Shown one piece after another: positions 25,601 through 38,837 of a stretch of DNA of 64,000 nt. Both the position numbers and the translations under genes were made by a program. The stretch is from NCBI GenBank assembly GCA_965235115.1, contig OZ249436.1:40240001-40304000 (forward strand). Reading direction: 5' to 3'. Position 1 is the stretch's first letter. The number at the start of each line of letters is the position of its first letter. This DNA is from Laetmonice hystrix (taxonomy: Eukaryota). The notes beneath the pieces were generated by a model. The model was given only the letters and a program-made list of their open reading frames with translations. It was not told the origin of the DNA and made no database searches.

Positions 25601-28600
25601 ACTATGACTTTTTGTGTGTTTTTTTTGGTGTTTTTTGTTGTTGTTGGTAAGTACATGAGTACTGTAGTAAATTTGTAGCAATAATAGTTTACTTATGTCA
25701 AAACCATTTTCAGGACATCTACTGCAAACATATTGGTGTAGAATTTATGTTCATCAACAACCTGGAGCAATGCGACTGGATAAAGAAACGTTTTGAAACA
25801 CCAAACATCATGTCAATGACCAGTGATGAGAAACGCACCCTAATGGCAAGGATCATTCGCTCTCAGAGGTAAGGCCAATTATTGATGGTTTGCCACAATT
25901 GCTATGTGACTGGAGCGGGGGCCGACCAAATACTGTTAAGTCATGGTTATGATAACTGGACATCCTGAAAGCTAAATGACACAGCAGTCCTGTAACCATG
26001 CACTGAGTCATCCTGATTTTTAAAATATTTATTTTATGTTTATTTTTTACCTCAGATGAAAGGGAGAGGTAATTGCACTGTATCATGACATTGCTAGTAC
26101 TAGAGTACTGCTAGTACTGTATCATGATATTGCTAGTACTGCAGTTTGAGGAACCAATCCTAACACTAAGTTGATAAAAAATAAGTTTTGGCAAAAGTAA
26201 ACAGCAGGATGCATCCAATCAAAGTCTGAGACAACTTGCACATGACTAAGTAAACAGTTGTGTTAGCAATGGCAACATTCCTTAGTGGCTAATTAGAAAT
26301 CACTAATGTATGGACAAAATAATAATTAATAATTTAGCCTAGATAGGCTCATGATTAAATGCTAAATATATCACTGTGCAATCCAAAGGACTGGTCAACC
26401 AGGACTACAGATCGATAGAGAAAAGCCAAGTTCAATCATGTCCACTTAATATAATCGGTCTGAGATATTTCAAAATCCTTCTTTCAATGTACTGGTACTT
26501 CAGGGAAAATAGGGAATTTATCAATTACGCAAACTCCTCAAAGGGTTGCTTCTAAACAGATTTTATTTGATTGTGAGAAACTTGCCATTTTATGATATAA
26601 CAGCTGAACGTGAGGGTCTATAGATATCTGGTACTAGGGCTGTTCGCCCCGCCCCAAAACATTTGGTCTCCAACAGTTGTGACCTGTAATGTAGTGTTAT
26701 TTTTCCCAGGCTCCATCTACTCAGTTCATTCACCCCATTGTTGGTTTTATTTTATGTGATGTTTACATGGAAGATTTGAGGAGTTCCTTGCCAAGAAATG
26801 GGCATCTGAGAAACGTTTTGGCCTGGAAGGCTGTGAGGTGATGATCCCAGCCATGAAGATGGTCATCGACGCATCAAGTGCTCATGGAGTGGACAGTTTC
26901 GTCATTGGCATGCCTCACAGGTAAAGAATCATCACTCAAATTCACCATATAATAGTTGGACAAGGAAGTTTATGGCAATCTATTTAACATTTCATTTGGA
27001 GAGATCAGTGTCCCTCAAAGAAGTAGAGTGTTATTATCTCAGTTTCGAGGTTTACTATTTTATTTACTATTTTATCTAACTTATTAGATAAAGATTTAGT
27101 GCATGGTTTTTTATTCTTGTGTTTTCCAGGGGTCGGTTGAATGTTCTGGCCAACGTGTGTCGCAAGCCTCTCGAGCAGATCTTTTGTCAGTTTGACCCCA
27201 AGCTGGAGCCAGATGATGAGGGTTCCGGAGACGTCAAGTACCATCTAGGCATGTCACATGAACGTCTCAACCACTGGACAAACAAGGAGATCAAGCTCTC
27301 AGTCGTTGCCAATCCCTCACATCTTGAAGCTGTCGACCCAGTGGCACAAGGTTAGCCGTAAATGGGTGTCAGTGGTTGGGGATGTTTGGCTACAATTTTT
27401 TAGTTTGGTGATGCATATTAACAGGTCAAGTTTAACAGGTTATAAAAACGATGTATTTATGATAGCTGATCTGCAAGTTACATCGGAAATGAATTCCAGT
27501 ATTTTTCCAGTAAGATTATTGGTGTGAATTAGAAATCAGTGTTAAATGTGTTTTGAAGGCAAGGCCAAGGCCGAGCAGTACTACCGAGGAGACACAGACG
27601 GGAAGAAAGTGATGACTATGTTGGTTCATGGTGACGCCGCCTTTTCTGGTCAAGGGGTTGTCTACGAAACGTTCCATCTGAGTGACCTGCCGGCATACAG
27701 CACCCACGGCACTGTCCACATCGTAGCCAACAATCAGGTGGGTATGATGACAGAAATAAAGGTGGGGTGTTTGCTAGTTGTCAAGTTGTCATGTTAAAGT
27801 GAAGAGGGTTCAAAGTCAGAACACCGTAAAGAGTCCGTTGCTATTCTTAGTTTTAGTATATATATATCCAAGGAGCAAACAGTGACCTGTCTGATGATGC
27901 AGCAATGGGGTACTATACGCCAAAACACTCGGTAGGTGGCGCTTCCAGCAACTAAGCCATCCAAAAACAAGGTTGCTATTGTAAAGGATAGGGTGGCTGC
28001 CATCAAGCCACGATTACACTTCTTTCGGGTCGTTTGTAATATTCAGACATCGTGAAAAGTGCAGACATATGTCTCTTTTGTTTTTGACATCAAAATATAC
28101 CTAATTTAAAAGATGACAACAATTTTAAAAACCATTATTTGTATCAATGTTACCGGTTCGAGGCTAGACCTATTGTCAGCCTAGACTAGCGTGACATTCA
28201 AAATGGCGGAGTTCCAGCCGTCACTTCAACTTTTGTAACTATTGGATTTAATGGAATAACATGCAAATGAACACATTGAGACGGTATCTGAAATGTGATA
28301 TTTCATGAAATACCCCTCGTACAGAACTGAAGACTTGTCTATTATCTTTAGTCTACGCCCATAAGGTACTGTCGGCAGTGAGTAGGGACAATGTTTTGAT
28401 CACGTGATTTGATTGTGCCGCAATATAGCCTAGACGTCTAGGCTGCTAAAAGACCTTCAGTTCGTCTATTCAGACTTAGGACAATCTTCTATGTCTCGAT
28501 GTCGTGATGCTTCTTCTGTTAATGGTTGCTACTATGCTCACAATCTGTGATAAGCTAACGTGTGGTTCAGCAGAGCCTCCAGCCAGGCTGAGCCAAGCCT

Positions 28601-31600
28601 AGCCAGGCCTACTGCATGGCGTAGTTCCTGACAGCGCCACCTGTCGGATTAGTTCTGATAGTACCCCATTTGAATAGGATGGTAAAATTCCATCAGGATT
28701 GCATTGTGTTATGGAATAAACTGTTGTTGGTGGATAGAAGATTGTAAAGTCCCTGTGCAATCACTGAAATATTTAAAACAGTCCTATATCTCCCTTGATC
28801 AGTGCACTGTGATGACATATATTTCAGATTGGGTTCACCACCGATCCTCGATCATCGAGATCCTCACCGTACTGCACAGATGTTGCACGAGTGGTTAATG
28901 CACCCATTTTCCACGTCAATGCTGATGACCCAGAGGCAGTCATGCACGTCTGCAAGGTGGCTGCCGAGTGGAGAGCTGAATGGGGCAAGGACGTCGTCAT
29001 TGATTTAGTGAGTAAAGCATGTTGCAAACTAAGGGAGAAAGGCAAAGGTTGATGGTGATTTAAAAATACATTAAAAAATAAAACCTGACCTGTTTGAAGA
29101 ACAGTCTCCAGCCCCATTGTTAAGTAAGTTGTTGAAAAGAATAGTTGAACTATTAACGAGGAGAGAAAGATTTGGTTTAATGATGGGGTGTGTATGTCCA
29201 GGTGTGCTATCGTCGCAATGGTCATAACGAGATTGATGAGCCGATGTTCACTCAGCCTCTCATGTACAAACGGATTCACCAGCAACCGTCGGTTCTGAAA
29301 CTCTACTCCAGCAAGCTCATCGAGGAGGCTGTGGTCACCCAGGGAGAGTACGAGGTGAAACTTGTCAGCTGTTACTCTCCTCCTAGGGTCACCTTAACAT
29401 CTATATGTGCATGCATGCAGAATTTTTAAAAAACTTGCTTTTTATCGGTCTGAATTGAGCTGAAACAGTTGGCAAAGGTAGGCAATATGGGTGGGTAACA
29501 TTATTTTTTTGTATTATTACAGGTTAGTAATCTGTTTCCTACACAGATGTACATGGATATTTCTATAATAAATTATTTATTTGAAAGAGTTCCGTCTCTC
29601 TTGCAGGAAGAGGTGAAGAAGTATGACAAGATATGTGAGGATGCCTTTGCAGCTGCCAAAAAGGAAACAGTCAGTCGTAATAGCCTTTGGCTGGACTCCC
29701 CGTGGCCAGGTTTTTTTGACACTAAAGACCCGATGAAAATGGCTGATACAAGTGCAACAGAGGAGACCATCCAGCACATTGGCAACAAGATTGGTATCCC
29801 ACCGGAGGATCCACAGTTTACCCTTCACCCTGGTCAGTGGCTAGAAACTATGCAAGGTTTAACCAAAATGAACTATGAAGGCCATTCTGAACAACTTTAC
29901 GCATGTATGGCATTGGTAGTGTCTTGAATGGTCATCGAAGATCCTGTGTTCTCAAACTAGAAAAGAATATTTTGCCACAGTCTGAGAGATAGTACCTGTG
30001 TTTCTAGGTCTGAAGCGTACCCTTCGTCTGCGCGTCGAAATGCTCAAAAAGGGAGAGGCGGACTGGGCAATGGGTGAAGCTTTCGCATTCGGTTCCCTTC
30101 TCAAAGAAGGAATCCATGTCCGCCTCTCAGGCCAGGATGTAGAGCGTGGGACGTTCAGGTTTGTGCTGCTTATTGTCACGTGGCAGTATTTTCATGGATT
30201 TCAGGGATGCTTAGGATTTTTGGCATCTTTTGGGATTTGAGTCAATATTGTGGGCATACAATTACCTTTGTTAATATGATGAGCAATTTAGGTTGCACAT
30301 AGGTAAAATGTAGCACTTGCAATCGGAAGGACTTGTAAACATCTAGACATTTCTAAATTGTGGATAACCTGTAAAACAAGCTATTTTCTTTTTCTCTCTT
30401 GGATAAACAGCCATCGTCACCATGTTCTGCATGACCAGAATCGTGATAAGGTCACCTATACACCCCTGAACCACCTGTGGCCCGATCAGGCACACTACAC
30501 ACTCTGCAATAGCTCACTCTCAGAATATGCTGTTCTTGGTAAGTAGATGACCCTTATTTTGACAGTTTGGCCAGTTTCTGAGGGCAGGAGGTGATCCTTT
30601 AAGTCTGGGATTTTGTAACTTTTCTTTTATCACGTGAATGAGAATTCCCTGATTTTTCAAAATTGGTCATTCTCGATGTAAGTCCACTTTCCACTTTTGT
30701 TCCCCTCTCTGTTCGCATTCCGGTTCTCATTACTACCATTGTCTGTGGGCCCAAGGAAATGGCAGGTGGCAACACCAATAAATTGAACAAGTTGCCAAGT
30801 ATTCCTATCCTGAAGATGTCCTCAGATGGTGCTAGACCATGAAGATTCCACTCGTTCACAAATACTATTCTTCCTTTTACACTTGCTCCAATCTGCACCT
30901 AATTATTATTCACTTGATAGCCACTGACTGTTTTGTGGATTAAATACATTGAGACGGTAACAAGGCTACCTTATGCTGCAGGCTTTGAGCACGGTTACTC
31001 GATGGCCAATCCCAACTCACTGGTACTGTGGGAAGCACAGTTTGGGGACTTCGCCAACACGGCTCAGTGTATTATTGACCAGTTCATCAGTAGTGGTCAG
31101 GCCAAGTGGGTACGACAGAGCAGCATCGTACTTCTGCTCCCTCATGGATACGAGGGCATGGTGAGATTTTATCTTGACGTTGTTTGCTGCAGTCAATTGA
31201 TCCGATTGTTATTAAATTATAGAAAATACCAGCAATTCATTGCTTGGAGTCTAAGGGGAGACGTTAACGCTAATGAGGAAGGAATTAAGCAGCAGGCCCA
31301 AAAGAAAATTTTATTTGTTAGACTTAAGCTTGCCACACACTATATGATTTTCTTATGATCCGATCGCATTCCGGGGCTAAGACCCGCTTATGACTCGCAC
31401 ATGACTTGCCTACGATGATCGGGAGTCATATAGTGTGCCGGGCCGTATGATTTGTCACCGACTGGGAATCGTATAGTGTGTGGCGGGCTTTAGGTGTAAA
31501 TTTGCCGTAATACTGTAGATCTACCATCACGTGTCATCCCATTGGTACTTCAGTGTTCATGGTTACATTATGACTTCCAGGGCCCAGAGCACTCAAGTGC

Positions 31601-34600
31601 AAGACTGGAGCGCTTCCTCCAGTCCAGCAACGATGATCCAGACCACTTTCCTGTAAGTAAGGGTCTAGGTAGGGTATTCAAATTGAAAGTGAAGGTACTG
31701 TGATACAACCAGGTACTAAAAAAATGCTCAGATTGGTTCTCAACTGTTTTTAGTTACATTATTAGGAAAATTCTTCTTGATGAAAAAGAAGTTGATAAAT
31801 GTCTCATTTGGAATGGTAAGTGGAAGAGAAGAGTTTTGGAACGTGACTGTTTTATGAGATTAACATAACGTTGACACTGTATGCCGTCTGACACTGTTGT
31901 ATGCCATGAACCTAGAGGTTAAGGGGCTATGGCTTGTGCTCTCTTGCTGGCAGCAGTTGATATCTTGCTCCTCTATTTTGATTACTGCAAAGAAGTTCCA
32001 GCAACAGTGTGTCTGTGCTGTCAGCATGTATGGCTGTCTGTAATGTTGATGTCAGTGACGTTGCCGTTGTTGTTGCCAACACTAAAAGCAAGAGAAGTAT
32101 CAATCTCGTATAGAACAGTAAACTTTCTTGATTCAGCCTATTTCCTATAGCACTAGTAGTACGGTAGGACTATTAGTCTGATGCTCAAGTCAAAATCTGG
32201 CTTCATCAAGCTTTGTTTTATGTTCAGGTTTTGAGTCCAGATGTGAGTACATTACAAGAAAAGAAGCGACTACATTAAACTAACCCTTTTTGTCAAGTTC
32301 ACAGTTGCATTATTAACATGAACGTAGCTTTCATTGCAAATGTTATCATAGTACTAGGAAAATACACTTATAAGGAATTTTTTTGAGTTTTAAATTGATT
32401 TTTAAGAAAGGAAGTTTTAGTAATGAGCCGTTTTGGCTCGCAACATTGAAGATCGTGGGTGAGAGAGGCATACTTGGGTGCCTTCAGAGGCTGGGAGGGT
32501 TTTTGCAGTATGGTTTCCTTCAGTATCTTTTATAAACTTTGATGTAGGAAGGGGGATGGTAGACCACATTCCTTCATCTTTGATGCATGGCTTGTTATCT
32601 GTTAATTGCAGTAGGAAAATTTTGCTGTACATTTAGCTCAGCATCCAATTTTAGGATTTTTCAAAAAACAAAAGTTCTATAGACTGTTAATATAGACAGA
32701 TACCCCAACATTTACCAGTTTTCTGACTGAACCAAAGTTGATATCAAAAGCCAAGTGTTTTATTGAGAATTTATTACAAATGAGCGAGTTTCTCTGCCCC
32801 CGTTCAAGCTCCTCACAGAAGTTACATAGCTACTCCAGTTTCCTTATAGTTTGACTGAAGAGATTTAAAACCCAGGTATGGTATTGGGTACATGCCCACA
32901 TTAGGTGTTTACATACACAAGTCGCTTTCAGATGATGAAATCCTTTAATCTAGCATATTCAACAGTTAGCAACATACGTATTTAAACTGGTAATATCTCT
33001 GTATAATCTGACATTCGGTATACTAAATCAATGCCTACTGTAAGTGCTACAGGTTTCCTTGTATAGAATTGAAAATCAGTGGTACTCTTACGACTAAAAC
33101 AAGTCAGTGGCTAAAGAACTGCCATCCTGATCTTTCTTGGAGTTGTTTATCATGCTATCCTTCACACAAAGCTGTCAAACATGATTCTGTGGGCTTCTGG
33201 GCCCAGTTTTTTTGTTTTGTGCTTACCGTGAGCTGAGCAGCATTTTACTGCTCACGTGAGCAGTGCTCACCGTGAGCAGCTATTTGTTTTTTTTTGTTTA
33301 ATCTGAGCAGCTGCTCACGTGAGCTTCTGCTCAAGTGCTCTGACGAGTGCTTGAGCAGCGTAACTAAGGAACTCTTCTGTCTATAAGGTGAGGAATAGAG
33401 TGCTTCCATGAAAACAGTTGGTTCCCAAAGCTACCACTACGCTACACTGGCGCTGCACTGGCGCTGCACTGGCGCTGCACTCTCCATGGAGCTGGGCTGC
33501 CCATGTCACGTTTGCAGGACAGACTCGGCAGATATTCTCCACCTCCCATCTTAACCAATAAAACCTTTTGTACACATCTAGATAGATCTAGATGTTTTGA
33601 TGATTACTAGACTATAAACTAGACTGAAGTTAAACAGAAACTCCCCCCAAACAGGGAAGATCGATTGTGATAACTTTTGCTCACGTGAGCCTGAGCATCC
33701 TCCTTAGCTGTCTCACGGAAATTTCGTGAGCAAATCTCACGAAAAGTGCTGCTCACAAAAACAAAAAAAACGGCGCGCTGTGCTCAGCCTGAGTCAGCTC
33801 ACGAAAATGCTGCTCAGCTCACGAAAAGTGCTGCTCAGCTCACCAAAAGTAAACAAAAAAAACGGGCCCTGAACTTGTAATCCAACAGCGAGTCAGTTCC
33901 ACAGTACAGTAAACCTCGTATACGGATTCAATTGGACCAGCACATTTTGTCCGTTATATGCGAAATCCGTTATGTGTGTAAACCAAACAAAATCCGTTTT
34001 ACACAGAAGACAGATAATATCCGCTATATGCCACCTGCTTCATAGAAGGATTTGCTTCTCCTGGTATATAGTGTTTTTACTTGCCATGTTTCTGAACGAG
34101 CCCACTGACCAAATACACACATGCACGGTCATACAATCGGAGCACTTCACGCAGTACACTGACACTGCCCACATGCTAACGATCAACAGCTTGTCCGATA
34201 TACACGGTGCTTTGTAATGGAAATTCATTGCGACTGGATCAGACTTTTTGTCCGGTATACATGAAAATCCATTATAGAAAATCCGTTATCGGCGATGTTT
34301 ATTTAATGGAAAACATAATACAGAAAATCAGGACTTTTGCTTTTGCGATTATCCTCCAGTTTTGACAAGGACGGTTTACGCGAGGTTTACTCTATGTGTA
34401 CACTTTGTTCCTTGCGCGTCAGTTGTGTTTTGTGGTGTCCCAGTGAACTGACACTGGCCTTCCTTTTCCAGCGAGAGGACGCTGACTTTGCCATGCAGCA
34501 GCTACATGAGACGAATTGGTTTGTGTGTAATTTCACCACTCCAGCTAACTTCTTCCATGGAGTGCGTCGGCAGAATGCGCTTCCCTTCCGCAAACCAGTA

Positions 34601-35910
34601 GGTCAACTTTCTCAACTGTTACGAAAGCTGATTAAGTACATGTACTTTACAAAGAAATTTGATTAGTTAAGTTACTGAATTGACTAATGTAGATTGTGAA
34701 AAGTTACCTGACCATTGACTATGATACATACCGTTGATTTCGACGTTGGCCAATTACTTACCAGTTGATTTTTAAAAATTTCCTTGGTACATTCATGTAT
34801 ATTTGTGCTGCCTGACAGTTGACTTAGATGACTTCGTATAGCTTGGATTGTGATGTCTTCCAGTTGATTGTGATGACACCAAAGTCCCTCCTGCGGCACC
34901 CTGATGCCAAGTCACCTCTCACAGACTTCACTGAAGGTGACTTCTGCCGCTTGATCCCAGAGAAAGGAGGACCTGTAGAGAACCCTCTCCAGGTGAAGAA
35001 ACTAATCTTCTGCACCGGCAAAGTTTATTACGACCTGGCCAAGGAGCGAACTATCAAAGGCCTGGATGAGAATGTGGCCATAGCAAGAGTTGAGCAAGTA
35101 AGTCAGGAAACATTGTTAAAGTACAGATCGTGTGACGAATGCATTCTGATTTTCACTAATGTGTGAAAAAGACTGAAAGATGAAATGTCCGATAAGAGCA
35201 AAACAACTACAGAAAAATTTCTGGGAAGTTGATGATACAAGAAATAAAAAAGCTATTTTAGATTGATAGACATACTGGACCATTCGCATCAGAATTGCAG
35301 AATTGCACCAGATTGCACTTTTATTAATATGCTATCATTTCATTAATGTTAAGAGCTGTCTAGATTTACAATTTTACCGTCTTTCTTGCAGTTGTCACCT
35401 TTCCCGTTTGACCTTGTGAAGGCTGAAATGGTGAAGTACCCCCGTGCCAAGATCATCTGGGCCCAGGAGGAACACAAGAACATGGGAGCCTGGTCATACG
35501 TACAACCCCGCTTTGAGACGGCACTCGGCAAGGAGGGCTCTGGCCGCCAAATCACGTAGGTCACCCAACTTCTCGCAGAAACATTACAAAAGTGGTTCTA
35601 ACATATTGTCACTAAAAGGAGACTCGGGGTGGACTTGTGGTCAGCAAAGAGGGGAATCAAGGGTAATAGAGCAATATACAATTATAGGCTGGACAGATAT
35701 AAAAGGTTCTCTCAAAGTCAAAATTGTATTGACGGATGGAACAACCAATTTCTTTGCACACTCGCAGAAAAAATCGAACTTGTCGTGATCCTATTTTTCA
35801 CTGTTTGCAGGTACGTAGGGCGTCACGCGTCTGCATCAACAGCTACAGGTAGCAAGTTCATGCACATTATGGAACACGGCAAGCTCCTGCAGGAGGCCTT
35901 CACCCTGTAA
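13665..35910 (+). CDS. OGDH: 2-oxoglutarate dehydrogenase E1 component, mitochondrial (multi-exon)
   Basis: GT-AG exons translate in frame to conserved OGDH: 13665-13913, 15225-15413, [17971-18073 or 18832-18955], 25400-25500, 25714-25868, 26774-26920, 27130-27350, 27559-27737, 28828-29007, 29202-29354, 29607-29832, 30008-30158, 30411-30538, 30982-31160, 31581-31652, 34472-34597, 34864-35097, 35392-35555, 35811-35910. Motifs include [37 protein letters not shown], the TPP motif [10 protein letters not shown]...[14 protein letters not shown] and GPEHSSAR. Confidence 0.97.
17971..18073 (+). CDS. OGDH: OGDH alternative exon A ([34 protein letters not shown])
   Basis: GGCAG|GTA acceptor and G|GTAGGT donor; 103 nt (phase 0 to 1); homologous to the vertebrate IRGH...DPLGILDADLD exon. 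Confidence 0.92.
18832..18955 (+). CDS. OGDH: OGDH alternative exon B ([41 protein letters not shown])
   Basis: TTATAG|GTG acceptor and G|GTAAG donor; 124 nt (phase 0 to 1); paralogous VRGH...DPLGI start, open frame, no DLD motif. Confidence 0.88.
20174..20404. mobile_element. MITE in OGDH intron
   Basis: About 28-bp TIR GAGGGACATCAATAAACAGCGAACTGAG / CTCAGTTCGCTGTTTATTGATGCCCCTC, flanked by ATT on both sides. Confidence 0.7.
21111..22122. repeat. Tandem minisatellite, about 97-bp unit, about 10 copies
   Basis: Unit TAAAACCCCACGCCCCACTCCCACCCCCACAGGGTATCTGTAATCGGTGGCAATTACTTGTAGAGTTTACTGTACAATACATAATCCTAATGTCATC repeated head-to-tail with few substitutions. Confidence 0.95.
22761..23051. 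mobile_element. PIF/Harbinger-like MITE
   Basis: TIR AAGGCCCACTGTATACTT / AAGTATACAGTGGGCCTT. Confidence 0.65.
27904..28670. mobile_element. TIR element in OGDH intron
   Basis: AATGGGGTACTAT at 27904 and ATAGTACCCCATT ending 28670. TSD not clear. Confidence 0.5.
31327..31492. mobile_element. Harbinger-like MITE
   Basis: TAAGCTTGCCACACACTATATGATT and AATCGTATAGTGTGTGGCGGGCTTTA are imperfect inverted ends. Confidence 0.55.
33199..33869. mobile_element. Palindromic MITE with GCTCAC/GTGAGC subterminal repeats
   Basis: GGGCCCAGTTTTTTTGTTT left end and AAACAAAAAAAACGGGCCC right end, with arrays of GTGAGCAG / CTGCTCAC motifs. Confidence 0.7.
33907..34392. mobile_element. Tigger/pogo-type MITE
   Basis: TA|CAGTAAACCTCG at the left end and CGAGGTTTACTC|TA at the right end, with internal repeated ATCCGTTAT motifs. 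Confidence 0.65.
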
Positions 35911-37433
35911 CTGGCCAAACCTGACCTTCACCCAGCCAAAGCAATAGATCATGCCATATGCCAACCTCCAATTTTTCAAAGATAACTTCAACTGCGCTGC
36001 ATTTAGGGCTTCACCAGGATATAAATTTGACTCTCCTAGGAAAGGGAGAATAACCATTTGATTGAGGTAGACTTTTTGCCTTTAGCTCCTACGTTCCAGT
36101 GTTCCCTCACTGTCCACAGATGATGGGTAAGCCTTGACACGCCACACACAGCTTTACAGGTGAATTAAGCTTGCTTACACTCCTCTTAGCCAAAGGCAAT
36201 GGGTTTCTGAAATCAGTTTATCTCTATCGGTAATTGATATCTTAAGGATTATCGAATGACACACGGGTAGATTGTTAGGGCTTTTGGCTGCTAGGGAACG
36301 GCTGAGGGAACACTGATGGACAGAAGAATACAGTATATTCTATATTCTCATTGTGTATACATTACCGCGTTTCCTTCTTCTCCCGAAGTTCTGATCGTGA
36401 ACACTAGGAATGTTGGTTGGTCAATGCATATCGAAATTTTTTCAGAGTGAGGAAAGATTGTTTTTTTTCATTGTCATAGAGCACAGTACACCTCTGTTCT
36501 TGTACTGCAAAAATCGTCTGCTGGTAAACTATATTTCCATCTAGTTTTTGGTTTAGAAGTCTTGTTATTATGTAAGTCAGAGATACATATTCCAGAAAAA
36601 GAAGCGCAAGTCTTGTGATAGTCTGTTAAATAGAAGTCGTATTAAAAACATAACTTATCGGATTGGACTTGGTAGACCGTGCCTTAGAAGACGGAAAGAA
36701 TGGCAGAAGTGGTGTCATGGCGTAAGGGCAGGTTTCATTTATCTAATTTATTGCACAGTCTTTTGGTTTCACACAGGGTACCGAAAATTTACTTTATACT
36801 AGAGAATCCAAGACTTTAACGCAGAAACGTTTGATTTTTTGACAGGTTTACATTCCGTTTAACACAAAATTTAATCAAATGTGGTTCGTCCAAATTGTCA
36901 GAATTATTCTCAATTTATAGGGATCTTGTCATTGAAGGTAGAATTTATGCAATAACCTTTGCGCCCTCTATCTGAACGGCACGATGCCAACCAAAACTAG
37001 TTCTTTACGTATTTATTCAAGTCAACGGGAAGGTGATTCGGAAAGGCATAGTACTAGGAAGATAACAGACCATGTATTTTGAGACAGGAGTTGCGTTTAA
37101 CACCAGTCAGCAATCGGTTTATGGAACAGAGTCACTAGTGCAGGAAGAAATATGTAGTAGCAGCGGTCGGGATCAAAATGAGCTGGAGAATCATGTTGTT
37201 AATAGCATCCCTCTTGTTGTAAATCTGCACGAAATGTTTTGAGCCTGTTTTCCTGTGATCACGAATCCCCTGCAGCAATTTTACTCGGTGTCACCTCTTT
37301 ACGGTGGAGACAGAATGCCATTGGTGATAATATTTTAGAACATATTGTACTATAGAATTCATGTACCAAGATTTACTATTTAAATTGTACTATATGTATA
37401 TCTATAGAGAGAGACCATCTGTGTTTACATAGG

Positions 37434-37439
37434 AATAAA
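37434..37439 (+). terminator. Probable OGDH polyadenylation signal
   Basis: AATAAA followed by GT/T-rich sequence, about 1.5 kb after the stop and upstream of the convergent gene. Confidence 0.5.
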
Positions 37440-38103
37440 ACTGGCACTTAGATTGTGGTTCAACATTACGTTGTTTCTTTTTGCTTCATCTGTTAGTTCA
37501 TTCAAAATGCGAGTAGTCAGTCTACACAAGCCTTAGCAACCTTCTGAGACTATATGGATTGTTCAAATTTTTAATTCAATGGACGGTGCATGTCACAACT
37601 TGTCATTAGCTTGTATCGTTAATGCCAATGTATTTTCACTGGAGATTTTAACAGAGCGACACAACAGGTTAACGATGGTTGTGAAACGCACCCCAGACTA
37701 GGAAGGCTGGTGGGTCCCCATTTTGCATTGTTCATGATCTCTTAGTGTACGCGATGAACTTATATGTCATACCGGCACCCCCACAATAATGAACTTAAGG
37801 TAAAAGAAAAACTGATAAAATCAGCAGGCCACTATGAACCTATCGACTAGTCTGGCCAAACCTATATCCCTTGACTGGCTTTAGATTAAAATCACTCCAA
37901 TAACTACACATGAAATATTCAAAAATTTATAAGTTTATTTCTATAGGTATCAGAACTGCAAGAAATTCAGACGAAAACTTGTGACATACCCCTTTTTTAT
38001 ATTAAAAACATTGAACTGTAAATGGCATATTGAATGGATAAAAAGTCATTCTTTCATCTTGGTACACATAGCTATTGATCTTTGAATTCATTCTTTTCTT
38101 CCA

Positions 38104-38837
38104 TCAGAATGCTTTTTCCACCTTTTGCAATGCATCTTCACATAGCGGATCTAAGTCACCGTCTCCTCCTGAAAATTAAGACATGAACATAATTAGGAAG
38201 TTCTACTTCAGAAAGACTGACTACAGAGATGATTAGAATTTGACGAGTACAATTGAAACCCTTGTCATCAAAAACACTTGGAAGAATAGCAAAACTTACC
38301 AAAATTTAATGCCTTGATACTGCATTTAAAAACGCACTCGCCATTTACCCAAAGCTCGACAGCATCTCGATCAGCTATTTGTTCAAGTTCTACATGGTGA
38401 CCATGGCGTTCCAACACGGCTGCAAATACAAGAACGGAATTAATGTAGGCAAATGTCAAATGAATTTCATGTTGAAACAGGATGAAAATCAATATGATTT
38501 TTCTGGTATATTGTGTACATATGGCTAACCCATGCAAGCTGAGAAACTAGCAGAAAATCTTAATTCATGTCATGTCATGTCATGAGAGGATGAGAAATCT
38601 ACTTGGATAAATAAACTAAAGTTACGTTATCTTACATTCCTCTGATGTTGAACTGTGATGATAGCAAAATATATTAAAAGCTTCACCAGTTGCAGAAATG
38701 CCCCTTAAAATTAAATTGGCTTAATACACACACTATTACGAACTTTGTAATCCCTCTAAACGATGCGTCTTGTGTTCAACCACTCCACAGGATTCGTATG
38801 GTCCATAGTGTAAGCTCACTTTAGCATTGGCAGGCAT
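38104..38837 (-). CDS. C10orf53: UPF0728 protein C10orf53 homologue (3 coding exons)
   Basis: Exons 38837-38744, 38419-38300 and 38168-38104 give MPANAKVSLHYGPYESCGVVEHKTHRLEGLQTVLERHGHHVELEQIADRDAVELWVNGECVFKCSIKALNFGGDGDLDPLCEDALQKVEKAF*, matching the family motifs YGPY...HRLxGLQ and FGGDGxLDPLC. Confidence 0.9.

Noticed and set aside
32025..32027. Possible 3-nt microexon (TCAG|CAT|GTATGG) in an OGDH intron
   Set aside because: Weak polypyrimidine tract and no independent support; such matches arise by chance.
36097..36340. TPP riboswitch or SECIS element in the OGDH 3' UTR
   Set aside because: GCTGAG is present but sits in a stem, and the CUGAU...UAAU...AGCG core is absent. The AUGA...GA candidates lack a paired helix II and the AA motif, and OGDH has no in-frame TGA.
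38104..38106. Selenocysteine or readthrough at the C10orf53 TGA
   Set aside because: The TGA coincides with the normal family C-terminus, and no SECIS was recognised downstream.
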